Shown here: one piece after another, positions 20,227 through 29,593 of the stretch
Numbering within the stretch: position 1 is the stretch's first letter
Layout of the letters: the number at the start of each line of letters is the position of its first letter
Origin: Alphaproteobacteria bacterium
Lineage (GTDB): Bacteria; Pseudomonadota; Alphaproteobacteria; UBA828
Assembly: GCA_963667785.2 (NCBI GenBank)
Contig: CAXXMU010000002.1
Coordinates: 672,001-736,000 of the forward strand
DNA length: 64,000 nucleotides
Reading direction: 5' to 3'
Program-made: the position numbers and the translations under genes
The notes under the pieces: generated by a model
What the model was told of the DNA's origin: nothing
Seen by the model: only the letters and a program-made list of their open reading frames with translations
The model's database searches: none

Positions 20227-21474
20227 CTACAGGTTGGGGCCCAGGTGGGCGTTCATGTCCGGCGTCTTGGTGAGGTCGCAGCGGTCGATCACGTCGCTCG
20301 GGTACATCTGCGAGTAGCTCTCGAAGATGTTCCAGGTCTGGTTCTGGCACTCGGCCATGTGCATGTCCTGGATGACGTGGTTGGTGACCGGGTCGACCAC
20401 CATGTGGCCGGCCGGGCCGTCCCAGGCGATGTCGCCGCTGCGCAGCGCCGTCATCACCGCCTCGCGCTCGTGGCTTCCGGCCGCCTTGACGCCGAGCGAC
20501 CAGAGCATGGTGCCGAGGTAGCCGCCGATGCCCACCGAGTTGAGGTACTGGGCGTCGTCGCCGAAGCGCTCCTGGTAGCGCTTGACGAAATCGACGTTGG
20601 CGGGGAGCTGCAGCTCCTGGAAGTAGGGCTGGGCGCTGACGATGCCGTTGCCTTCCTCCGCACTGAGCTGCACGTGCTCGTTGCCGACGCCGAAGGTCAC
20701 CGAGACGATCGGAATCTCGTTCAGCATGCCGGCGGCGTACCACTGGCGGTAGAAGCCGGTGTGCGCCGCGCCGACCAGGCAGGTCGAGAGCCAGTCGGGC
20801 TTCGCTTCCTGGATCTTGGCGATGGCCGGGCCGAACTCGGCCACGTCGAGCGGGAAGAAGTCCTTGGTGACGACCTCGGCGCCGTGCTCGCGCGAGAAGA
20901 ACTCGGTCCACTGGCCGATGATCTGCGGCGCGTTGTAGTCGGCGCCGATGTAGTAGCAGCGCTTGCCGTGGGTCTTGAAGCCGTAGTCGGCCATCGGCTT
21001 CACCCACTGCACGGCGGTCACGCCGCTGACGAAGTTGTTGATGTCGCAGACGCCGCCCTCGTAGATCACGCTGTACCAGAGCAGCGTCTGGAAGCGCCTG
21101 AGGATCGGCCGGATCACCTCGCGGGACGCGCTGGTGATGCCGCCGTGCACCAGGTCGACGCGCTCCTTCAGCGCCGCCTCCTGGGCGTACTGCGCGTAGA
21201 GCTCCATGTTGGACTGCGGGTCGTACTTGATCAGCCGCACCTTCTTGCCGAGCAGGCCGCCGGCCGCGTTGATCTCCTCGACCGCCAGCTCGCAGGTCTG
21301 GGTCATCGGCGTGCCGTAGATGTCGAGCCCGCCGGACTGGTCGAAGATGCTGGCGATGACGATCTCGTCGTCATCGGCATAGGCCTTGGGCGATGCCGCG
21401 AGGCCCGCCGCCACCAGCGTTGCGGCGGTGCCCGCCGTGCCCTTGAGGAAACCTCTCCTGGTCGAATCGAACAT
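20227..21474 (-). CDS. Urea/short-chain amide ABC substrate-binding protein (UrtA/AmiC-like), Tat signal
   Basis: TRRGFLK Tat motif; GGITSASRE, YEGG, ADYN. Confidence 0.88.
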   Translation of the reverse strand: MFDSTRRGFLKGTAGTAATLVAAGLAASPKAYADDDEIVIASIFDQSGGLDIYGTPMTQTCELAVEEINAAGGLLGKKVRLIKYDPQSNMELYAQYAQEAALKERVDLVHGGITSASREVIRPILRRFQTLLWYSVIYEGGVCDINNFVSGVTAVQWVKPMADYGFKTHGKRCYYIGADYNAPQIIGQWTEFFSREHGAEVVTKDFFPLDVAEFGPAIAKIQEAKPDWLSTCLVGAAHTGFYRQWYAAGMLNEIPIVSVTFGVGNEHVQLSAEEGNGIVSAQPYFQELQLPANVDFVKRYQERFGDDAQYLNSVGIGGYLGTMLWSLGVKAAGSHEREAVMTALRSGDIAWDGPAGHMVVDPVTNHVIQDMHMAECQNQTWNIFESYSQMYPSDVIDRCDLTKTPDMNAHLGPNL

Positions 21475-21579
21475 GAGCTCAAGCTCCTTGGCTGTTCCGC
21501 GAACGCGCTCCCTCCGCGCCCCGGCGGAAGGTTAGGCGCAGCGCGTCGCCGGCGCAATGTCGGGGCGCACCTTCGGCAC

Positions 21580-22746
21580 CTAGCGGGCGAAGCCGAGGGT
21601 GCGCTCGACGAAGGCGTGCAGAATCAGCGCCGCATCCACCATCTCGGCGAGCGGCACGAACTCGTTGGCGGCATGGCTCACGGCGCCGTCGCCGGGACCG
21701 AAATTCACGATCTCGATGCCGTCGCGGGCGAAGAAGCGTCCGTCGCTCGCGGCGAGCGCGTTGAGCACCGCCGCCGGCCTGCCCTGGTGCTCCTCGATGG
21801 CCACCGCCAGCGCCGAGACGAAGGGGCCGTCCAGCGGCGCGGAGAAGCCGTCGGTGCCGACGGGGCGGCGCACGGTGTAAGAGCCTGCAGGCTCACCGGC
21901 ACCGGCCAGCACGGCCTCCATCTCGGCCGCTGCCGTCTCGACAGGCTCGTTCGGCAGCAGGCGCCGGTCGATCCGGGCGATGCAGCGGTCGGGCACCACG
22001 TTCGGGTTCTCGCCGCCGTGGATGGTGCCGATGTTCATGGTCGAGACCTTCTCGCCGCTGCGCCTCGCCGCGAGTCGCGGCCCGAGTTCGGTCCGGAGCC
22101 GTTCGAGCAGGCGCATCATGCGGAGAATGGCGTTGTCGCCGGCCGGCGGGTCGCCGCCGTGGGCGGCCCTGCCGGCAGTCTCGATCTCGAGCCAGAGGAT
22201 GCCGCGCTCCTCGACGATGAGCTGGTTCTCGGTCGGTGCGCCGAGCACCAGCGCGTCGGGCGCGATCAGCCCCTCCTCGCGGAGGTACGCGGTGCCCTCC
22301 GGGCCGAGGCGCTCCTCGTCGCCGGCCAGCACAAAGACGAGGCTCCCCCGCGCCGGCCCGCCGCGCCGCGCCGCCTCGCCCGCGAGCCAGAGATGCACCG
22401 CCGCCGAGCCCTTGCAGTTGTTGGCGCCGAGTCCGTAGACGCGTCCCCCCTCCATGGTCGCGGCGAAGGGATCGGTGCGCCAGGCGGCGCGGTCCCCGGT
22501 GGCGACCGTGTCGATGTGGGCGTTGAAGACGACGCAGGGCGAGCCCTCGCCGAGCCGCGCCACCAGGTTGGCGATCGGCGGCGTACGCATCGGCATCGAG
22601 ACTGCGCAGCCGGCCGCCTCCAGATGCCTCGCCGCAGCCGCGCAGACCGCCTGGGTGTCGCCCGGCGGCGTGACCGACGGGATCGCGATCAGCTCGGCGA
22701 GAAGGCCGTGCAGCGTCTCGGCGAGCGGGGCGGCCGGGTCCGTCAT
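21580..22746 (-). CDS. M20/ArgE-DapE family metallo-hydrolase
   Basis: NAHIDTV, GDEE, GRAAHG, NVVPD..DRRL, SHAANE; the usual D-M-K-G reads NNCKG and GEPT reads GAPT. Confidence 0.85.
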   Translation of the reverse strand: MTDPAAPLAETLHGLLAELIAIPSVTPPGDTQAVCAAAARHLEAAGCAVSMPMRTPPIANLVARLGEGSPCVVFNAHIDTVATGDRAAWRTDPFAATMEGGRVYGLGANNCKGSAAVHLWLAGEAARRGGPARGSLVFVLAGDEERLGPEGTAYLREEGLIAPDALVLGAPTENQLIVEERGILWLEIETAGRAAHGGDPPAGDNAILRMMRLLERLRTELGPRLAARRSGEKVSTMNIGTIHGGENPNVVPDRCIARIDRRLLPNEPVETAAAEMEAVLAGAGEPAGSYTVRRPVGTDGFSAPLDGPFVSALAVAIEEHQGRPAAVLNALAASDGRFFARDGIEIVNFGPGDGAVSHAANEFVPLAEMVDAALILHAFVERTLGFAR

Positions 22747-23648
22747 GCTTCTGCCGCCGCGCCTGCGTCCGCGCGGGTGATCGTCGCGTCGGTCAGCGAG
22801 CGCGCATCGCGCGCTGGCCAGCGGCCGTTCTCAACCTGTGCGAAGAACGACGCGCAGGCCTGGTTGAACGCGTCCGGCTCCTCGAGATTGATGGTGTGGC
22901 CGGTTTTGGGGAGCACCAGCAGGCCCGCCGCGGGGATCGTGCGCTTGAGGTAGAGGTTGGCGTCGAGGCAGGGCTCGTCCTCGTCGCCGGTGATGAGCAG
23001 CGTCGGCACGGCGAGCGTGGCGAGGCCCTCTTCCAGGTCGTAGAGCGACGGGCGGCGGGCCTGCACGCCCCGCAGAGTGTTGGCGGTGCCTCTGGCGGAA
23101 TGCTCTGCCAGGCTGTCGCGGAAGGCGGCCCAGCCGCGCGGGTCCTTGGTCTCGAACTGCACGCGCGTCGGCCCCAGCGCGTAGTCGGCGCCGACCGGGG
23201 CCGCGCCCTCCCTGTCGAGACGGTCCGCGACCGCCTCCGTCTCGCGGCGGAACCCGTCCCGGGCTCCCTTCGGCGCGCCGTAGCCGCAGCCGGCCACGAC
23301 CAGCGCCGTCGCGCGCGCCGGATGCGCAAGGCCGAGATGGAGGGTAGCGAAGCCGCCCATGCTGAGCCCCACGACGTGGGCGCGCTCGATGGCGAGATGG
23401 TCGAGTACGGCGATCGCGTCCGCCACCGCGAGGGCCTGGCTGTAGGCGTCCGCGTCCGCCGGCACGTCCGATGGCGGATAGCCGCGGGCGTTGTAGGCGA
23501 CGCAGCGGTAGCGCCGCGTGAAGTGGCGGAGCTGCGGCTCCCAGCTCCGGTGATCGCCCGCGAATTCGTGGATGAAGAGCAGCGGATGGCCGCTGCCGGC
23601 CTCTTCGTAGTAGAGCCTGGTTCCGTCCGGGGACGGCGCATGGGGCAT
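22743..23648 (-). CDS. Alpha/beta fold hydrolase
   Basis: HEFAGD, NARGYPPS, GLSMGG, GDED, GHTINLEEP. Confidence 0.88.
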   Translation of the reverse strand: MPHAPSPDGTRLYYEEAGSGHPLLFIHEFAGDHRSWEPQLRHFTRRYRCVAYNARGYPPSDVPADADAYSQALAVADAIAVLDHLAIERAHVVGLSMGGFATLHLGLAHPARATALVVAGCGYGAPKGARDGFRRETEAVADRLDREGAAPVGADYALGPTRVQFETKDPRGWAAFRDSLAEHSARGTANTLRGVQARRPSLYDLEEGLATLAVPTLLITGDEDEPCLDANLYLKRTIPAAGLLVLPKTGHTINLEEPDAFNQACASFFAQVENGRWPARDARSLTDATITRADAGAAAEA

Positions 23649-23710
23649 GGCTGACATTCCTCTGGCGCGGCCCATGATAGCGGACCGGCGGGGCGCGAGT
23701 CCCCGTTTCG

Positions 23711-23719
23711 TGGTATGAT
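23711..23719 (+). promoter_or_regulatory. Possible extended -10 promoter for the glutamate-synthase-like operon
   Basis: TGG-TATGAT about 40 bp upstream of the ATG at 23758. Confidence 0.35.
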
Positions 23720-23757
23720 CCTGGAGCTATTCGGGTCGACTGAACGGAGCGGCACGC

Positions 23758-24714
23758 ATGTGCGGGATAGCAGGCGTGATGTTTAAGCACGGAGAGACGG
23801 GCTTGTCGGCGGGTCGGGCGCTGATCGACATGCTGGACGGCTGTCAGCACCGTGGTCCGGATTCGACGGGCTTTGCGCTGTACGAAGAGGCGCGTCCTGG
23901 CGAGCTCAGGCTGCGCTTCCTGGTTGAGGAGGATGCGGACGGCGCGGGCAACGGGTCCGGCGGCGGCGTGGGCCACAACCGCGACGCAGAGGGCGCGATC
24001 GCGGACATCCGCTCGGAGCTCGAGGCGCACGGGGCGGAGATCGTCGACGACGAGCGGGTGGGCGACAGCTACCGCGTGGTGGTGCGCTTTGCCGGCGACG
24101 TGCAGAAGCTCACCTACGACATGGAGCACGCGGGCACGCTGATCTCGATCGGGGAGAGCCTCGACATCCGCAAGGACGTGGGCGGCGCGCACGACGTGGA
24201 CGAGCGCTTTCACGTGCGCGAGGTGCAGGGCACGCACGGGCTGGGCCACGTGCGACTCGCGACGGAATCGGAGGTGAAGCCGGAGGCGGCGCACCCGTTC
24301 TGGGCGACGGGGTTCACGGACATCGCGATCGTGCACAACGGCCAGATCACGAACTACTGGAAGATGCGTCGCCGTCTGGAGCGTCGCGGCTTCGAGTTCC
24401 ACACGGACAACGACAGCGAGCTGATCGCGGTCTATCTGGCGGACAAGCTCGCGAACGAGGTTCCGCTGGAGGAGGCGCTCAAGACTTCGATCGACGATCT
24501 CGACGGCACCTTCTCGTTCCTGGTGTCGACCAGGGACGAGATCGGCTACGCCAAGGATCATCTCGCGGCGAAGCCGATGATCATGTACGAGAACGACGAT
24601 CTGATCGCGATCGCCTCGGAGGAAGTCTCGCTGAACCGCCTCTTCCCGGGCCGCGCGCTGGATACCAGAGAACCGCCGCCCGGGAGCTACGGTACATGGT
24701 CCAGATCGACCTAG
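23758..24714 (+). CDS. Class II (Ntn) glutamine amidotransferase, GlxB/MgsA-like
   Basis: N-terminal MCGIAG, HRGPDSTG, GHVRLATES, HNGQITN, DSE. Confidence 0.9.
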   Translation: MCGIAGVMFKHGETGLSAGRALIDMLDGCQHRGPDSTGFALYEEARPGELRLRFLVEEDADGAGNGSGGGVGHNRDAEGAIADIRSELEAHGAEIVDDERVGDSYRVVVRFAGDVQKLTYDMEHAGTLISIGESLDIRKDVGGAHDVDERFHVREVQGTHGLGHVRLATESEVKPEAAHPFWATGFTDIAIVHNGQITNYWKMRRRLERRGFEFHTDNDSELIAVYLADKLANEVPLEEALKTSIDDLDGTFSFLVSTRDEIGYAKDHLAAKPMIMYENDDLIAIASEEVSLNRLFPGRALDTREPPPGSYGTWSRST

Positions 24715-26654
24715 GACGGGTCTCCGTCCGCGACGCCAACGAGCAGATCCGCGAGTACGGTGCGAAGGGGGAGGACATCGAGGTCCTCAACCCCGACGCG
24801 CGCCATCATATCGGCGTCGGCCTGATCCACCCGGTTCGGGTGCACGTGAAGGGCTCCGCCGGCTACTTCTGCGCCGGCCTTGCGGACAAGGCGCGCTTCG
24901 AGATCGAGAACAACGTCGGCTGGGGCCTGGGCGACAACATGTACGCGGGCACGGTGACGGTGCGCGGCAACGCAGGCGCGATCGCGGGCGTGGCGATCCG
25001 GGGCGCGGAGATCGTGGTGCACGGCAATGTGGGCTCCCGCGCCGGCCAGGTGATGAAGGAGGGGACGCTCTGCTGCGCCGGCAACGCCAACTTCATGGCG
25101 GGCTACATGATGTATGGCGGGCGCATCATCATCCTGGGCGAATCGGGCGAGCGGGTCGGCGAGGACATGGCGGCGGGCAAGATCTACATCGGCGGCGCGG
25201 TGCGCTCGCTCGGCTCCGACGCCGAGCTCTCCGACATCGCCGAGGCCGAGCTCGACGACGTCCGCGCCTTCCTCGACCGCCACGAGATCGCCTTCAAGGG
25301 CTCTTTCAGCAAGGTGGTGAACGCGGGCAAGCGGCTGCGCTACGCGACCAGCGAGCGGCAGGTGCGCAGCATCCCCTTCTTCACCTTCTCGGGCGCGTCC
25401 GAGTACTGGAACCCGAAGGTGCAGGAGGACGTCTACATCAAGTCCCAGATCGGGCGCTACCGGGTGCGGGGCTACGGCGGGGCGCGGGCGCTGCCGCATC
25501 TCTCGGATCTGGCGTTCCGGCGTGATCTCTCTGCCGCGGGCACCGCCGGCGACCCGGTGGCGGCGGTGGAGATGCGGACCGAGATCGGGGGCCTGAACGG
25601 GGCGAAGCCGCTGAAGCTCTCGATGCCGGTGATGATCGCGCCGATGAGCTACGGCGCGCTCTCGCGCTCCACCAAGCAGGCGGTGGGAATGGCGTCGTCG
25701 ATGGCGGGCATCGCCGAGAACACGGGCGAAGGGGGGATGAGCGACGCCCAGCGGGGCGCGGCGGAGCAGCTCATCTTCCAGTGCCTCGGCGGCCGCCTGG
25801 GCTGGAACATCCACGACATGAACCGGGCGGACGGGCTCGAGATCTATATCAGCCAGGGAGCCAAGCCCGGCTTCGGCGGCCAGTTGATGGCGAAGAAGGT
25901 GACGAAGGAGCTGGCGACGATCCGGGGGATCCCGGAGGGGATCGACCTGCGCTCGCCCTCGCGCCATCCGGACATCCTCGGCGCCGACGACCTGGTGATC
26001 AAGGTGGAGGAGTTCCGGGAGGCCACGGGCTACCGCATTCCGGTGAGCGTGAAGCTGGGCGCGGGCCGCGTGCGGGACGACGTGAAGATCGCCTACAAGG
26101 ACGGCTTCGACTTCGTCGAGCTGGACGGGATGCAGGGCTCGACGGGCGCCGGCGGGGCCGAGGTGATGGAGCACGTGGGCGTGCCGACGCTGGCGGCGAT
26201 CACCCAGGCGATCGCGGCGCTGGAGGAGGTCGAGGGGCTCGGCAAGATGCAGCTCGTGCTGATGGGGGGCATCCGCGACGGGATCGACGCGGTGAAGGGC
26301 CTCTGCCTCGGCGCGGACGCGGTGGCGATGGGCACGGCCGTGATCATCGCCGGCGGCTGCATCGCCTGCATGCAGTGCCACGTGGGCCAATGCGTGACCG
26401 GGATCGCGACCCAGGATCCCGAGCACGAGCGGCGCTACAACCCGGTGGCGGAAGCCCGCAACATCCACCGCTACCTGGAGGGGGTGCGCTGGCAGATGGC
26501 GGCGCTGACCCAGGCGCTCGGCTACGGCAGCACCACCGAGCTCTGCCGCGACGACCTGGTGGCGCTGACCCGGGATGCGGCGGAGATGACGGGGCTTCCT
26601 TACGCGCCGGAGTATCGCGCCAGCGAGCAGGCGCTGCAGGGCAGGATGGGCTGA
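24696..26654 (+). CDS. Fusion of GXGXG domain (GlxC-like) and FMN glutamate-synthase domain (GlxD/MgsC-like)
   Basis: N-terminal GSAGYFCAG..GNAG..GNVGSRAG repeats; C-terminal APMSYGALS, NTGEGG, QGAKPG.GG, LRSPSRHPD, CIACMQCHVGQCVTGIATQD. Confidence 0.9.
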   Translation: MVQIDLGRVSVRDANEQIREYGAKGEDIEVLNPDARHHIGVGLIHPVRVHVKGSAGYFCAGLADKARFEIENNVGWGLGDNMYAGTVTVRGNAGAIAGVAIRGAEIVVHGNVGSRAGQVMKEGTLCCAGNANFMAGYMMYGGRIIILGESGERVGEDMAAGKIYIGGAVRSLGSDAELSDIAEAELDDVRAFLDRHEIAFKGSFSKVVNAGKRLRYATSERQVRSIPFFTFSGASEYWNPKVQEDVYIKSQIGRYRVRGYGGARALPHLSDLAFRRDLSAAGTAGDPVAAVEMRTEIGGLNGAKPLKLSMPVMIAPMSYGALSRSTKQAVGMASSMAGIAENTGEGGMSDAQRGAAEQLIFQCLGGRLGWNIHDMNRADGLEIYISQGAKPGFGGQLMAKKVTKELATIRGIPEGIDLRSPSRHPDILGADDLVIKVEEFREATGYRIPVSVKLGAGRVRDDVKIAYKDGFDFVELDGMQGSTGAGGAEVMEHVGVPTLAAITQAIAALEEVEGLGKMQLVLMGGIRDGIDAVKGLCLGADAVAMGTAVIIAGGCIACMQCHVGQCVTGIATQDPEHERRYNPVAEARNIHRYLEGVRWQMAALTQALGYGSTTELCRDDLVALTRDAAEMTGLPYAPEYRASEQALQGRMG

Positions 26655-26657
26655 GCG

Positions 26658-29177
26658 ATGGCGGTTCCGGGCGAGATGGAGGCGGGCGGGCGGCTGCTGG
26701 CGGAGCTTCCGGACGACACCGACGACGCGCACTTCGTGCCGGCGCCGTGCCAGATCGCCTGCCCGGTGGGAACGGACGCGCCCTCCTATATCGCCTACAT
26801 CTGGGAACGGAAGTTCGCCGAGGCCTTCGAGGCGATCACGGCGACGAACCCGTTCAGCTCGATCTGCGGGCGGGTGTGCGATGCGCCGTGCGAGCCGGCG
26901 TGCCGGCGCACCGATTCCGACGGGCCGGTGCAGATCCGCAACCTGAAGCGCTTCGTCATGGACGAGGTGGGCCATGCCTACGACCCGCCGGCGGTGCCGG
27001 TGCGGCACGAGCAGAGCGTGGCGGTGGTGGGCTCGGGCCCGGCGGGGCTGACGGCGGCGCACGACCTCTCGGTGGCGGGCTACGCGGTGCACGTCTACGA
27101 GATGACGGACCGCCTCGGCGGCATGATGATCTGGGGAATCCCGGCATTCCGCCTGCCGCCGGGGATCATCCAGGAGGATATCGACCGCATGGCCCGGCGC
27201 TGCCCGGGGATGGAGGTGCATCTGAACACCGCGCTGGGGCGCGATGTGACGCTGGACGATCTCAAGGCTCGGCACGACGCGGTGGTGCTCGCCATCGGCG
27301 CGTGGTGGGGCAAGAAGATGGGGATCGCGGGCGAGGACGACCCAAGGGTGATCGACGGCGTGCAGTTTCTGCGCGACGTGAACGAGGGCGCGCGCCCCGA
27401 GATGCCGGAGACGGTGGTGGTGATCGGCGGCGGCGACGTTTCGATGGATGCCTGCCGGGTGGCGAAGCGCCTACCCGGCTGCCGCCACGTGAAGGTGATC
27501 TACCGGCGGGGGCCGGCGGAGATTCCGGCCCGCAAGATCGAGCTCGAAGGCGCGATCGAGGAGGGGATCGAGTTCGTCTACCACACCCAGCAGACGGCGA
27601 TCGTGCCGCAGGGCAACGGGCTCGCGGTGCGGTGCGTGACGACGACGCTGGGGGACCCGGACGAATCGGGCCGGCGCGCGCCGGTGAACGTGCCGGGCAC
27701 GGAGCACGACATTGCCTGCGGCATGGTGATCGCGGCGGTGGGCCAGGAGGGTCTCTGCGAGGACCTGGAGCGGCGCGGCATGATGGAGCCGGACCGGGTG
27801 CGGACCGCGTGGGAAGGCATGCGCACCAGCGATCCGCAGGTGTTCGCGGCCGGCGACGGGGCCTTCGGAGGCTCCACCATCGTCATGGCGATGAACCACG
27901 GCCAGCGCGTGGCCTACTACGTGAAGGCCTATCTGGAGGGGCGCGCGGAGCCGCTGCCCTACCGCACGCCCTACCGCACGCGGCGGGTGCCGGTGGCGCA
28001 GGACCTGGAGTGGGAGCTGCTGCCGGTGCAGCACCCGGACTTCCTCGGCCTCGGCGCGGACCCGGTGTCGTTCCCGGAGATCGAGACCACCTATGGCTGG
28101 GAGGCGGCGCGCAAGGAGGCGGCGCGGTGCTACCGCTGCGACGCGGAGACGGGCTCTGCCGACTACGCGGTGGGGCACCGGGAGGACATCTTCGTGATGG
28201 CGCGCACCGGGCCGGACGACACGGTGCGCCAGAAGGCGATGCTGGACAAGCGCATGGGCGAGCGCGACGACCCCTTCCCGGACGCGCTTCCGGGGGTGCT
28301 GGACGATCTCGCCTTCCTGCCGGCCAACCTCTCGCGGCTGGTGATCGACCCCTACCGCGAGGCCTGCCGCATCGGTACCACCGTGGGCGCGGTTGACCTG
28401 GCACTGCCCTTCCTGGTGACGGGCTTCGACGATGCACCGGACGAGGTGCGGGCCGCGGTGGCGCGAGGGATCGCGGAGGCGGACGCGAGCTATCTTGGGG
28501 TCAGGCCCGTCGGCACCGGCACCCGCTGGCTCCAGCTCGTGCTGCCGGGGCAGCTTGCGCCGAGCGCGGACGCGGCCGGGCTGATCCATGCGCTGGGCCA
28601 CCGCTTCCAGCCGGTGGAGGCGGCGAGGGCGGCGCCGGGCCAGGTGCTGGGGCTTGCCGTCTCCTCGCCCACGCTGCTGGAGGACGCGATCCCCTACGCC
28701 CTCGATCAGGGCTTCAACATGCTGCTGCTGGACGGCAGCGCCAGCCTCGGCGCGCCCTGGGCGGAGCTCGGCGGCGCGCCGGACCTCACCATCCTGCGCG
28801 ATGCGGTGGCGATCCTGCGCCGGCTGGACCGCGAGGAGGAGATCGACCTCGTCTACTTTGGCGGCGTGCGCTCCGGCACCGATGCGGCGAAGGTGATCGC
28901 TTTGGGCGCGGTCGCCGTGGTCCTCGGCGTCGCCGTGGGACTGGCTGCCGGCGGCGCTATCACCGGCACCCGCGAGCTCGCCTTCGAGGCCGACCGCAGC
29001 GACGAGGACCGCGCGCTCGGCACCGTCAACATCCTCAAGGCTACAGCCTCCGAAGCCTCCATGATGGCGCGCTGCACCGGCAAGACGAACCTCCAGAACG
29101 TCGAGCCCGAAGACCTGCGCGCTCTTACCGTCGCAACCGCAACCGCAACCGGTATCCCCCTCGCAGGCACAAAGTAG
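26658..29177 (+). CDS. GltD/SudA-type Fe-S flavoprotein fused to a degenerate FMN glutamate-synthase-like barrel
   Basis: PCQIACP, ICGRVCDAPCEPAC, GSGPAG, GGGDVSMD, YRR, EAARCYRC; then LDDLAFLPANLSRLVIDPYREAC, GGVRSGTDAAKVIALGA, MARCTGK..VEPEDLRALT. Confidence 0.85.
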   Translation: MAVPGEMEAGGRLLAELPDDTDDAHFVPAPCQIACPVGTDAPSYIAYIWERKFAEAFEAITATNPFSSICGRVCDAPCEPACRRTDSDGPVQIRNLKRFVMDEVGHAYDPPAVPVRHEQSVAVVGSGPAGLTAAHDLSVAGYAVHVYEMTDRLGGMMIWGIPAFRLPPGIIQEDIDRMARRCPGMEVHLNTALGRDVTLDDLKARHDAVVLAIGAWWGKKMGIAGEDDPRVIDGVQFLRDVNEGARPEMPETVVVIGGGDVSMDACRVAKRLPGCRHVKVIYRRGPAEIPARKIELEGAIEEGIEFVYHTQQTAIVPQGNGLAVRCVTTTLGDPDESGRRAPVNVPGTEHDIACGMVIAAVGQEGLCEDLERRGMMEPDRVRTAWEGMRTSDPQVFAAGDGAFGGSTIVMAMNHGQRVAYYVKAYLEGRAEPLPYRTPYRTRRVPVAQDLEWELLPVQHPDFLGLGADPVSFPEIETTYGWEAARKEAARCYRCDAETGSADYAVGHREDIFVMARTGPDDTVRQKAMLDKRMGERDDPFPDALPGVLDDLAFLPANLSRLVIDPYREACRIGTTVGAVDLALPFLVTGFDDAPDEVRAAVARGIAEADASYLGVRPVGTGTRWLQLVLPGQLAPSADAAGLIHALGHRFQPVEAARAAPGQVLGLAVSSPTLLEDAIPYALDQGFNMLLLDGSASLGAPWAELGGAPDLTILRDAVAILRRLDREEEIDLVYFGGVRSGTDAAKVIALGAVAVVLGVAVGLAAGGAITGTRELAFEADRSDEDRALGTVNILKATASEASMMARCTGKTNLQNVEPEDLRALTVATATATGIPLAGTK

Positions 29178-29199
29178 GGGGGCGGGGAGGCACGATCCG

Positions 29200-29589
29200 A
29201 TGGGACGCATCGTCGTCGAGACGCGGATCACCAACCTCTTCGACGAGGACAAGTCCATCCGCTGCGGAATGCTCGTCGATACCGGAGCCGGCGCGCTGAT
29301 CCTGCCGGCGGCGTGGAAGGAACGGCTCGGGGAATTCAAGCGATCCGAGGCGGTCTCGCTTCAGCTTGCCAACCAAGACGTTCTCGAAGGGGAAGCATGT
29401 TGGCCCGTCGAAATCGAGATCGACGGGTTCCGCCCGGTGTCCAACGAAGTGATCTTCGTGAAGATGGAGGGTGAGGACGACGACGGTTACGAGCCGCTGC
29501 TCGGCACTGTCATCCTGGAACAGGCGCAGGCTGCGGTTGACCTCGTGGCGCATCGCCCGGTGCCCGTCAGGTACATCGACATGAAGTAG
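29200..29589 (+). CDS. Small clan AA (retropepsin-like) aspartyl protease family protein
   Basis: LVDTGA catalytic motif and PLLG.VILE C-terminal motif. Confidence 0.7.
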   Translation: MGRIVVETRITNLFDEDKSIRCGMLVDTGAGALILPAAWKERLGEFKRSEAVSLQLANQDVLEGEACWPVEIEIDGFRPVSNEVIFVKMEGEDDDGYEPLLGTVILEQAQAAVDLVAHRPVPVRYIDMK

Positions 29590-29593
29590 AGCC

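Noticed and set aside
23758-26654. Naming the genes mgsABC or gltB
   Set aside because: Architecture differs from both, and gmaS/mgd are absent from the window; function not assignable from sequence alone.
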